DNA from: a virus
Reading direction: 5' to 3' (one strand)
DNA length: 64,000 nucleotides
Virus record (IMG/VR): IMGVR_UViG_3300033417_000002
Coordinates: 1 to 64,000 of that record
Of the stretch, positions 35,075 through 43,228 are shown in pieces (position 1 is the stretch's first letter; each line of letters begins with the position of its first letter). Both the position numbers and the translations under genes were made by a program. The notes under the pieces were generated by a model. The model saw only the letters and a list, made by a program, of their open reading frames with translations. It was not told the DNA's origin and did not search any database.

Positions 35075-35345
35075 CCTCGTCTCCAGCCACCAACGTTTTC
35101 CCCGCCGCCCGGCTTATGTATGTGCGGGCCTCTGGCAAGCGATTGGTGCTTCTGGCCAGAGCGTCATTCATCGCACCAAGCGCCAGCTTCGCCGGCACTG
35201 TCGTTATGGTGGATTCAAGCATATCTTGCCACGTAATCCCTACCATCGGTTGCAAATTCAAAAGCTCAGGATACCGCATTGTCAGCGCATCCATCTCCCG
35301 TCCCAGCTTATCAGCCATCACGTAAAATTCACCAGTAAACATCAT
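35064..35345 (-). CDS. hypothetical protein (93 aa), paralog of the N-terminus of 34487..35074
   Basis: Shared N-terminal motif; ATGA overlap with terL. Confidence 0.5.
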   Translation of the reverse strand: MMFTGEFYVMADKLGREMDALTMRYPELLNLQPMVGITWQDMLESTITTVPAKLALGAMNDALARSTNRLPEARTYISRAAGKTLVAGDEDDI

Positions 35346-37099
35346 CGCCTCCAGCCACCAAGCCGCACCGGGTCATAAACCGTGCGGACATATTCCTGTT
35401 CCTTCGGCTCAAATAAATAATCCGGAGCCACGCACAGGGAGCAGCCGTCGCCGTCGTCGGGGCTGCGCTTTACCTTTTTCTTAAATTCATCTTTCGACCG
35501 CAGCTTCTTCACGTCCACCCCTTTCCACTTCACCCACGTAAACGGCCGTTCGCACAAGTCAGCCTCCAACGCAGCCGGCGGATCAATAAGCGCCAGCGTT
35601 TTCAACGCTTCGCCGGTGTGATAATACATCTCCGTCACCAGGTCGGCAAAGGCGTCCTCGTCGTAAGGCACGGCCTGGAAATGAACCTCTTCGACCTCAA
35701 AGAATTCAAACGCCTGGGCCAGCTCTACATCTTCCAGCAGCAGGTCAATCACCCCGCCGCCGAAACCACCGCCGCCGTCCACCCGGACGATCAGGTCGGT
35801 AACGCCCTGCGCCGCCAGCGCCAGTGCCGCTTGTTTAATGCCCCGGAAGTATACGGTTTGCCGCAGCTGGCTAAATATCGCCTCGCGCCAGACACGGCCG
35901 TCGTTCCGGATGTAGAGCGTGCCATTGTCGCGGCCAAAGCGGGCCACGTCCACGCCCATGCGGGCGAGGTGGGGGAATTCGCCGGGGTGGTCTCGTTTCG
36001 TCGCCGCCTCATAGCGGCCGACAGAGCAAAATGTATCATCGGCGATGTTAGCCGGGGCAATGCCCAGGATACGCCAGAACGCCGGCGGCTTTGGTTTGTA
36101 GATGATACCCGGCCGCCAGGGTAGATCAAAAGTGTGGTCATCTTCGCTGTGGGCGGCTACGACCTCGCAGTATTCCTCATTCTCCACCCGGCGTTCTACC
36201 CACTCCCGCGTGGCCGCGCCGGGGATGATTTGACGGCCGTGTACCACGTTGGGGTGATCTAGAGTGGAAATGCGGAAGCTGCGCACGTAGGGCAGGGCCG
36301 CTATCTTGTGGAAGCGACTGCTGCGGGTGCGCGGGTTGGCCAGCAAGAGGACAATGACCACCAGGCCGGTGTCCATACCCTCCAGGGCTTCGTAAACAAA
36401 ATTAGCCACACCCTCGGCTTCGTCAAGGATAAACATCAGGTAGGGATGATGCTGGCCATGAATGCGTTCGATACCGCTGTCGTTGGAATCGTTGGTCGCC
36501 TTGCCGGTAGCGAAGTGGTCCGCCGCCACATTAAGGCGAGGAACCATTTGAACGTGACCCGGTAAATCACGGTCGTTGCGGCCGCGGATCTCCTTCCACA
36601 GCAGGTCGTTGATCTGCTCGGCGCTGGGCGCGAAGGTATAGATGATGGAAGGGAACGCGTCGAAAAAGTGGGAGAAGAGTCCGGATGCCAGCTTCGTTTT
36701 GCCAACCAGGTTGCCGGACTCGACGCGGATCCAGTTTTGGATAACCTGCCCCGGCTGCCAGACTTCCAGTTCATCGGCCGTTATTTCACCCTGATCAAAC
36801 GCATGCCTTTCAAGCTGCTGCTGGATAGCCAGCGTATAGGCGTTGATGACCTCGACCTGGCCGGGTTTGTCGTCACCGGCTGCTGAGCGCGGATGGCTGC
36901 CATCCGATGTCGAAGCGGTTGCTGAGCCTGCCGAAGCACCAGACCACGGTTCCCAGCCCAGACGCTCGACAATGTACTCACAGGGATTGAGCCTGTAACC
37001 GTCAAGCGTGTCGGCCGTGTAGGTAGTCGCCTGCTCGCTCTGGCGGCGGCGGCGCTCCTTCTCTACTTTCAGGCGGAAATCATGAACGGCCGTAATCAT
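35342..37099 (-). CDS. terL: terminase large subunit
   Basis: 585 aa; Walker A-like SGNLVGKT, Walker B MFILDEAEG, nuclease motif GVDVARFGRDNGTLY ... VRVDGGGGFGG. Confidence 0.85.
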   Translation of the reverse strand: MITAVHDFRLKVEKERRRRQSEQATTYTADTLDGYRLNPCEYIVERLGWEPWSGASAGSATASTSDGSHPRSAAGDDKPGQVEVINAYTLAIQQQLERHAFDQGEITADELEVWQPGQVIQNWIRVESGNLVGKTKLASGLFSHFFDAFPSIIYTFAPSAEQINDLLWKEIRGRNDRDLPGHVQMVPRLNVAADHFATGKATNDSNDSGIERIHGQHHPYLMFILDEAEGVANFVYEALEGMDTGLVVIVLLLANPRTRSSRFHKIAALPYVRSFRISTLDHPNVVHGRQIIPGAATREWVERRVENEEYCEVVAAHSEDDHTFDLPWRPGIIYKPKPPAFWRILGIAPANIADDTFCSVGRYEAATKRDHPGEFPHLARMGVDVARFGRDNGTLYIRNDGRVWREAIFSQLRQTVYFRGIKQAALALAAQGVTDLIVRVDGGGGFGGGVIDLLLEDVELAQAFEFFEVEEVHFQAVPYDEDAFADLVTEMYYHTGEALKTLALIDPPAALEADLCERPFTWVKWKGVDVKKLRSKDEFKKKVKRSPDDGDGCSLCVAPDYLFEPKEQEYVRTVYDPVRLGGWRR

Positions 37100-37692
37100 T
37101 ACCCCACCAGCGCCTTAAGAATATCAGCCACGGATTTGGCCTCCTGCAAGGCTCCGATTTGCTCGTTGGTCAATTGAGATAAGTCCAGCATCCCCATGAT
37201 GGTGTTCATGAGTTGGCTGTCCTTGCTGGTGTTTTCTCCCACCGTCATGTCCAGAATCGCTTTGGCTGCGCGAAAGACGACATTCGGATCACGGTCGGCC
37301 ATCAGAGCAAACATTTTGGCGGCGGCAATGGGCGAGGCCAGTTGCAGTCGTTCGGTGGCCGTTTTCAGAGCGCGGATGTGACGGCCGTCTTTCCATTCCA
37401 GGGCTAACTTGGTGACGTTTTCCAGGCAGGCGGCAAAGGCCGGATCGTTCTGCCACTTGGTGGAGTAGGTGTTCCGACTGCACGCGTCTGGCAGTTTGAA
37501 TACGGCCGTTTCTGACTTGCCGGATACGCGGGCATCGACCAGGTAAAAGATGGTGTTGACCATCTTCTCCTTGTGGGGATGCTTACTGTGGGCCTCGCGC
37601 AGGGCGTCGAACTCGGCTCTGGCTAACGGCCGCCAATCGTCCTTCTTGCTCTCTTGTTCTTGCTCGTCTGTTGCCAGGAATGATTTAAACAT
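37099..37692 (-). CDS. terS: terminase small subunit (by position)
   Basis: 197-aa ORF; its stop overlaps the terL start. Confidence 0.5.
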   Translation of the reverse strand: MFKSFLATDEQEQESKKDDWRPLARAEFDALREAHSKHPHKEKMVNTIFYLVDARVSGKSETAVFKLPDACSRNTYSTKWQNDPAFAACLENVTKLALEWKDGRHIRALKTATERLQLASPIAAAKMFALMADRDPNVVFRAAKAILDMTVGENTSKDSQLMNTIMGMLDLSQLTNEQIGALQEAKSVADILKALVG

Positions 37693-37787
37693 GATGTTCT
37701 AGCGGCAACTGCTGTGGGCGGTTCCGGTCGAACCGCGTCACCTACCAATACACATACCCAATACAATGTCGGCCACGGAGCTAACCT

Positions 37788-38144
37788 TTAACCGTCATGA
37801 CGCGATTCGCCCAACCACTCTGCCGGCCGGCCAAAGTCGGTGCGATGAAACCGGATCAGCTTACGGCCGTATTCGGCCGGATCATCACTGTCTTCAAACA
37901 CGGCCGTTATCTTACCCCAACCGTTGGGCAGCGTACCAAACAGGCCATTGAGAACACCCAGCATACCCACGTGGAAGCCGTTGTGCTGGGCGCTGCATTG
38001 AACCGTTTCATGATCCGCCAGGGCTTCGTTACAGGGCACGCGATTGGCGATCAAGGCGGCAACGGCCGGGCGGTCCAGTTCCAATAGTTCATTGAGTAGC
38101 TTGATGGCATCGTCTACGGTAACCATGTCGCTTTCGTTAATCAT
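37788..38144 (-). CDS. hypothetical protein (118 aa)
   Basis: ORF 37788..38321 trimmed to ATG 38144 (MINESDMVTV...), overlapping the upstream stop by 8 nt. Confidence 0.45.
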   Translation of the reverse strand: MINESDMVTVDDAIKLLNELLELDRPAVAALIANRVPCNEALADHETVQCSAQHNGFHVGMLGVLNGLFGTLPNGWGKITAVFEDSDDPAEYGRKLIRFHRTDFGRPAEWLGESRHDG

Positions 38145-38328
38145 CTGATTTACTCCAATCAATATCCAACCAGAAGCAAAGGAAGTGGAATTGAAACGTT
38201 GTGGACCAATAATCGAAGGTGACGGCCGTCTGGAATCCCCACTCTCGATAGGACAACCCGCCGCCAACTGACAGACGGCCTGCCCTCCAGTCAAATGTTC
38301 CCCACGGCTTAATGATTTCATCGTCCAT
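38137..38328 (-). CDS. hypothetical protein (63 aa)
   Basis: Trp-rich small ORF. Confidence 0.4.
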   Translation of the reverse strand: MDDEIIKPWGTFDWRAGRLSVGGGLSYREWGFQTAVTFDYWSTTFQFHFLCFWLDIDWSKSDD

Positions 38329-38330
38329 CG

Positions 38331-38516
38331 TTACCCCTTAAGGTAGCCGTACTCTTTCTTCAGTGCGCCAACGGCCGCCTGGTAAGCACGCAGCTTCTCC
38401 CGCGGGATGTGGTTGGCGCCATCGAAATACTTTTCCCGTAACTCCTTGACCCTGGCCTTGTATTCCTGTTTCTTGCGCCGCTTGGCAGCGCTTTTGGCAA
38501 ATGATTTTGCGCTCAT
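38331..38516 (-). CDS. small basic protein (61 aa)
   Basis: Lys/Arg-rich helical ORF. Confidence 0.45.
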   Translation of the reverse strand: MSAKSFAKSAAKRRKKQEYKARVKELREKYFDGANHIPREKLRAYQAAVGALKKEYGYLKG

Positions 38517-38558
38517 GACTGCTCCTTATATTGACGGAAATACACCGATATACCCATA

Positions 38559-39146
38559 TTAAACAGGCTCTAACCTGACACCCATGTAAGGCACGCGCCA
38601 GCGGTCAACCGGGGTGGTGAAGGCTTCCACACACTCCACGATGCGCAGATCGTGGTTGAGCGCAGCCGCCAGGCAGTAGTGGATGCTCATCTCGAAAAAG
38701 TGCCCGGTCAGACTCATGACGGATAGGCCGTCGATGGTTAAGCCCATCGCGCCCAGCGCCTCCTGGGGGATTTTGGCCCGCTTGGGGCCGGGGCCAGAAC
38801 GGCCGATGGTCAGGAAGACGGTTAACGGCCGTGTCACGTTGGGCAGCATGTTTATCCAATGCTTCCAGGGTGTGCCGTAGGTGTCCACGTCAATCACGTT
38901 CTGCGGCCAGCCGGGTTGGGCTAATATCTTGGCCGAATCAATCTGGATGCGGCCCCGGCCTGCTTTTTCGTCTACACCCCAATAGCCGGCCAGATCATAC
39001 TCCTGGCGCAGCTGGTTCCACATAACGGCCGTGCCCTGGCAGCAGTCCAGGACGTTGGCGTCGCCGGCAGAGTGGTACTTGTCCAGGAAGCAGCGGCGCA
39101 GCTTCAGCTTGGCTTGCAGGTTGCTGTTGTCCTTCTGGTAGTTCAC
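38559..39146 (-). CDS. SAM-dependent methyltransferase-like protein
   Basis: 195 aa; motif I-like VLDCCQGTA, GVD, motif IV-like VIDVDTYGTP; start overlaps the ParB-like gene stop (ATGA). Confidence 0.5.
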   Translation of the reverse strand: MNYQKDNSNLQAKLKLRRCFLDKYHSAGDANVLDCCQGTAVMWNQLRQEYDLAGYWGVDEKAGRGRIQIDSAKILAQPGWPQNVIDVDTYGTPWKHWINMLPNVTRPLTVFLTIGRSGPGPKRAKIPQEALGAMGLTIDGLSVMSLTGHFFEMSIHYCLAAALNHDLRIVECVEAFTTPVDRWRVPYMGVRLEPV

Positions 39147-39781
39147 GGCCGTTTCCCCTTGCCGCTCTCATTATTCACCGTCGTCACGACCATCGCGCTT
39201 GGCATCTGCGCGATCTGCTCAATGGTTGGAGCGATGGAGCCGAACTCCACCAGCGGCATTCCGATGAGCACCCAGGCCATGTCCGGCGGCGGCTTAACCT
39301 CAACCTCTTTTAACTGAATACTCCCCTCCCCCGCTCCTACTTCATCCAGCAGCGCGGCGAACTCGTCGTCGGTGTAGCTGGTCGCTTGCAGCAGCGCCCG
39401 ATCAAAGTCGCGCACTTCTTGCAAGATGGAAGCGAGTTGGGCATCGTCTTTCTGACTGCGCCGCGCGTGCTCGTTGTCGGCCGCCAGATAAGCAAGCACT
39501 TTCTCCGGTGGCCAGTCTTCGGGGATGACACGGGCATCCAGTTCCTTCAAGCCTTCCAGCCGGCCGGCTTCGGTGACACCATGACCGGCGACGCAGGTGT
39601 AACGGCCGTCCGGCTTCTTCTGGACAACGACGCTCTGCACCTGGCCAAACTGCCTGATGCTGATACGCAGGCCAAAGATTTCTTCCGGCGGGTGCTGGTT
39701 GTAATTACGGGGGTGGGGGTCTATCCGGTCAATCGGAACCCGATCGTTGGTAACTGCGCTAACTGGCTTGTTTTTACTCAT
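39143..39781 (-). CDS. ParB-like nuclease domain protein
   Basis: 212 aa; IDRIDPHPRNYNQHP ... LRISIRQFGQVQSVVV ... VAGHGVTEA fits the ParB/Srx N-terminal domain. Confidence 0.7.
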   Translation of the reverse strand: MSKNKPVSAVTNDRVPIDRIDPHPRNYNQHPPEEIFGLRISIRQFGQVQSVVVQKKPDGRYTCVAGHGVTEAGRLEGLKELDARVIPEDWPPEKVLAYLAADNEHARRSQKDDAQLASILQEVRDFDRALLQATSYTDDEFAALLDEVGAGEGSIQLKEVEVKPPPDMAWVLIGMPLVEFGSIAPTIEQIAQMPSAMVVTTVNNESGKGKRP

Positions 39782-40110
39782 ACCCCCCTCGTTTCTGGGC
39801 GTTTGCCCCGATTTTTGTGTAACTTTGGTGTAATCTTTTTGTAAACTTAAGGAGAGAACGGCTTACAGCGGCGCTGGTAATGGCTACGCGAACCGGTATC
39901 GGGGTGGGCAGGCAAAAAGAAACGCACGGCCGTGGTGGTGGCGCGTTGCGAGCCTGCCGGTACGGCCGTGCGAACGGGCGTGGTAATACGTGAGCTGCCT
40001 GGTTGTAGAACCGGGATTGGTTGACCATATTTTCGTAAAATGGGGGAAAGGCGGTATGGCTGTCATTTCCCGCTAAAAGCGCCTGCCAGCGCTGTTACTC
40101 TCCAGGAATT

Positions 40111-40139
40111 AGTATAAAAGATATTTTATGTATTGTCCA
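40111..40139 (-). promoter_or_regulatory. sigma70-like promoter heading the ParB/late-side transcription unit
   Basis: Minus-strand TGGACA (40134-40139), 17 nt, TATACT (40111-40116) in an AT-rich patch. Confidence 0.45.
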
Positions 40140-40210
40140 CTACGGCCGCTGTTGACTGGGTAACAACGGCATATTGTATTGTATGCCAAAGCGCAGGCCG
40201 GGCAAATCGT

Positions 40211-40239
40211 TTGACGGCTTACCCTCCTTCCGCTAGACT
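40211..40239 (+). promoter_or_regulatory. sigma70-like promoter for the only plus-strand gene
   Basis: TTGACG (40211-40216), 17 nt, TAGACT (40234-40239), 40 nt upstream of the GGAGGG RBS and ATG 40279. Confidence 0.4.
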
Positions 40240-40278
40240 CCCGCCGTTGACCGTTGTTTTTTACCCCGGAGGGACATC

Positions 40279-41151
40279 ATGCTCAAGTCAAGATCTGTTA
40301 AGTTCATCGCCATCGGCGTTGGTCTCCTAGCCCTACTCTGCCTGGGCCTTTTTGTTTTCGGTCTGTACCTGGCCAACACTCCGGAAGGGAAGGCGACGGC
40401 CGCGGCCGAAGCCGCGATCCGGCAGGAGACCAGGGCCGAAGAGACGGCCGTCGCTGTTGCCGCCGTTACCGAAGCCGCCCAACCCACCGATACAGCCGTA
40501 CCGACCGGCACGCCGGCGCCTACCGATACAGCCACGCCTATTGACACACCGACACCGGAGCCAACCAGCACGCCCATACCAACCAACGCACCCACCGCTA
40601 CGGCTACGCCGCTGCCCGAACCGATTGTCCTGGCCGGCTCAGGGGATGCCATCGTAGACGTGGACAAAACCGATGCGCCCATGCTGGCCCGCATCGAGGG
40701 CAACGCCGGAAGCCGCCATTTCGCCGTTACGTCCTACGACGCCAGCGGCTTGGCCATTGACCTGCTCGTGAATACCACCGCCCCCTACACCGGCGTACGG
40801 CCGCTCGACTTCCTGGAAGGTGAACACACGGCCCGCTTCGAGGTAACGGCCGTTGGCGAGTGGACGATCACCATCTACCCGGTACAGTCGGCCGACGCCA
40901 TCGACGTGCCCGGCAGTTTCGTCGGCGAGGGGGACAACGTCGTTATTCTGCGGGGAGGAGTGCCGGATACGGCCGTCATCACCGGCAACGCCAGCTCCCA
41001 TCACTTCGCCGTCACCGGCTACGGCAGCGGCATTGACCTGCTCGTCAACACGACCGAACCATACGAAGGCACAGTACTCCTGGACCGGGAGACCTTCCTG
41101 CTGCAAATTGTAGCCGACGGGGAATGGACGATAAGGGTTGGCAGCCGGTAG
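40279..41151 (+). CDS. membrane-anchored protein with Pro/Thr linker and two repeated beta-rich domains
   Basis: 290 aa; N-terminal TM (FIAIGVGLLALLCLGLFVFGLYL), PT-rich linker, two copies of ...HFAVT.Y...IDLLVNTT.PY.G...GEWTI... Confidence 0.7.
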   Translation: MLKSRSVKFIAIGVGLLALLCLGLFVFGLYLANTPEGKATAAAEAAIRQETRAEETAVAVAAVTEAAQPTDTAVPTGTPAPTDTATPIDTPTPEPTSTPIPTNAPTATATPLPEPIVLAGSGDAIVDVDKTDAPMLARIEGNAGSRHFAVTSYDASGLAIDLLVNTTAPYTGVRPLDFLEGEHTARFEVTAVGEWTITIYPVQSADAIDVPGSFVGEGDNVVILRGGVPDTAVITGNASSHHFAVTGYGSGIDLLVNTTEPYEGTVLLDRETFLLQIVADGEWTIRVGSR

Positions 41152-41167
41152 CGAAATCATAGCGCCG

Positions 41168-42169
41168 TCATTTGGCCTGGATATCCTTTTCTATCTTGCG
41201 GCACCGTTCGCACCACCGGCCGCCACCGGCCCAGGCTGCGCGCGGCCGCCAGTTGTGGCCATGTCGCCGGCACAAATAACGATTATGGAGATTGCCCAGC
41301 TTTCGGCGGAACCTGTCTAGCCGGTTGGTCATGGATCTGTTGGAGAAGATCACGTCAAACCGATAACGACCGTCCTCGCGCTTTATGCCAATACCAAACC
41401 AATCGGGCCACCAGGAGCATTCCACGCCTCCCCTGCCCCAATTGCCGCGCAGCAGCCGCCAATCGGGCACTCGCGGCCAGTATAACTTCCAGACGCTGTT
41501 GTCCTGCCACCACTCATGCCCCAGCGAAGCGCCAAGGAAGAACCACTCCTCACTATTAGGATAGTAAAAGTCTCCCGACTTCCAATGCCAGAAGCGCAGA
41601 TGATTGAAGAGCGGCAGTTTGGGGGCACTGCCGTAGCGGAACAATGCCCACCAGACCTTGTACACGGCCGTGTGCAGTCCCTTCTCATCGTCCCCAAACG
41701 GCCGTCTGTCTGATTTACTCTCATCCGTTTCATACGTGCCCCACTCGTCTTTGGTAAATTCAACAGGCCAATCAACGAGGCCGGCCGGCTGATGCCAGGT
41801 AAATCGCTGGCCATTAACGACGAAAGTAAACCGAATTAGTTCATACGTCCGGTATATGCCGGTCCCGCCGCACTTGGGACAGTGCGGCCCGCAGTCGTAA
41901 TTCCACGTGCCCCAGCACTCCTGCTCCTGGACGGCGTGGGATGCGGCCACGCAGTAGCCCCGCTCATACAACACACGCACCAGGTGGTTTTTGAGCAGGT
42001 AGATAGCTTCCTTTTCATGCCGCTCCGCGCCGTTCCTGGCGTGAATATTGAGCAAAATAGCCGGTTCGATAACGGCCGGCAACGAGCCGAACCGAGAAGA
42101 AAACAGGCAGCGCAGCCACAGGGCTGCGGCCGTGAACCATTCGATTTGAGATTTGATTAAGCGTTTCAT
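41168..42169 (-). CDS. Trp-rich hypothetical protein with CxxCxGxG and C-terminal zinc-ribbon motifs
   Basis: 333 aa; CPKCGGTG; C-terminal CRRHGHNW ... CERC. Confidence 0.55.
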   Translation of the reverse strand: MKRLIKSQIEWFTAAALWLRCLFSSRFGSLPAVIEPAILLNIHARNGAERHEKEAIYLLKNHLVRVLYERGYCVAASHAVQEQECWGTWNYDCGPHCPKCGGTGIYRTYELIRFTFVVNGQRFTWHQPAGLVDWPVEFTKDEWGTYETDESKSDRRPFGDDEKGLHTAVYKVWWALFRYGSAPKLPLFNHLRFWHWKSGDFYYPNSEEWFFLGASLGHEWWQDNSVWKLYWPRVPDWRLLRGNWGRGGVECSWWPDWFGIGIKREDGRYRFDVIFSNRSMTNRLDRFRRKLGNLHNRYLCRRHGHNWRPRAAWAGGGRWCERCRKIEKDIQAK

Positions 42170-42170
42170 T

Positions 42171-42506
42171 TCACTCCCCTTCCGGCGGCTTCAGCGGCAG
42201 CCGGCGACGCCCGCGCCGATAATCCATAAGCGGATCATCAACCTCTCTAATCCAATCTTCGATAAACTCGTCTCCGTCCTCGTCCCACACTTCGCCCCAT
42301 TCCCAAAGCCCGACTCGATACTGCTGATTGAATTCTTTAGGTCGCCAATCTATTGTTTCGTCTAACTCTTCCAGGCATTGCACAAAACGCCGCTGCCACT
42401 CAACCGGCATTGATTGAAGCGCACTGCGCGGGACAGTCAGGTATTGAGCGTAAGTTAGCTCAAACCATTCGTGAATCGGTTCGCTGTCGTCTAGTGACAA
42501 AGCCAT
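42171..42506 (-). CDS. hypothetical acidic protein (111 aa)
   Basis: ORF abutting 41168..42169. Confidence 0.5.
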   Translation of the reverse strand: MALSLDDSEPIHEWFELTYAQYLTVPRSALQSMPVEWQRRFVQCLEELDETIDWRPKEFNQQYRVGLWEWGEVWDEDGDEFIEDWIREVDDPLMDYRRGRRRLPLKPPEGE

Positions 42507-42538
42507 TTGTTACCATCCTTTCATTATCGATTTTTCAG

Positions 42539-42724
42539 GTACACCACCAGTAGAGGCGGCCCGTCGCGGGTTAGCTTTGCCGGTTATCTGCCGGGCGGCA
42601 GTCGTCCAGCGCAGCCTTTTACGCGCCAAAAGGAGGGAGGGGGTAACGCAACGCCTAGCCCTTTCAATTGAGGGTTTACGACGGTTACGGTGCGGCTACA
42701 CCGCCGCCTCGACTGGTGGTGTAC
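42539..42724. other. 186-nt element closed by a 21-bp stem (structured RNA or MITE-like element)
   Basis: GTACACCACCAGT-A-GAGGCGGC (42539-42560) pairs with GCCGCCTC-G-ACTGGTGGTGTAC (42703-42724); several internal short hairpins; no ORF of 60 aa or more in the 234-bp gap. Confidence 0.45.
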
Positions 42725-42740
42725 GGATACCACTTATGTC

Positions 42741-43205
42741 TTAAAACTTTCCATGCCTGTGACACACGTTGCCGCTGCCACCCATGCCGCAGCGATATGC
42801 GCAAGGCCCATCCCACACCATGACTGGGCATCCCTTCCCGCTGTTGTCACCGATCTCTCGATCCGGTAAACGCTGCGAGAAGATGTCGGCCATCATCATG
42901 GCGACATTAGCCACGTCCACACACTCGCGGATAATGTTGTCAATCATGCCCCTACCCCCGTTTGTATCGGGGTAGTCTTTGAGTTCACGGCCGTCTGGCA
43001 GATACTGGATCGTCAGAGCCTTGCCCAACTCGCCAACCTCCTCATTTAATTTAGCCAGGAGCCAACGCGGATCGCATTCCTGCCACCCGCCTTTATGGTC
43101 ATTGTCCCGCAACACCTTTTCCATAAGCATCGAGAACGCCTTAACGGTATCTCGAACTTCCCAAATGCCTGGTGCTTCCCACTCGTTTAATATTCGATCT
43201 AACAT
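42741..43205 (-). CDS. MazG-like nucleotide pyrophosphohydrolase
   Basis: 154 aa; LAKLNEEVGELGKAL ... ECVDVANVAMMMADI (EExxE/D helices). Confidence 0.7.
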   Translation of the reverse strand: MLDRILNEWEAPGIWEVRDTVKAFSMLMEKVLRDNDHKGGWQECDPRWLLAKLNEEVGELGKALTIQYLPDGRELKDYPDTNGGRGMIDNIIRECVDVANVAMMMADIFSQRLPDREIGDNSGKGCPVMVWDGPCAYRCGMGGSGNVCHRHGKF

Positions 43206-43228
43206 GATTCACTTCTCCGTAACGGCCG

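Noticed and set aside
39884-40066. 60-aa minus-strand ORF starting with the GAAATGACAGC motif.
   Set aside because: The product is His/Arg/Pro-rich low complexity in a promoter-proximal leader. I kept it only as an instance of the motif, not as a gene.
40233-41160. Minus-strand ORFs 40233..40703 and 40639..41160.
   Set aside because: They are antisense to the plus-strand gene, which has a TM anchor, an RBS and a duplicated domain. Their products are Gly/Val/Ala low complexity.
42539-42724. Retron msr/msd, tRNA, tmRNA, Y RNA or intrinsic terminator as the identity of the 186-nt stem-closed element.
   Set aside because: There is no adjacent reverse transcriptase. I saw no T-loop (GTTCGAATC-like) or tag-ORF features. 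No U tract follows the stem on either strand. I left it unclassified.
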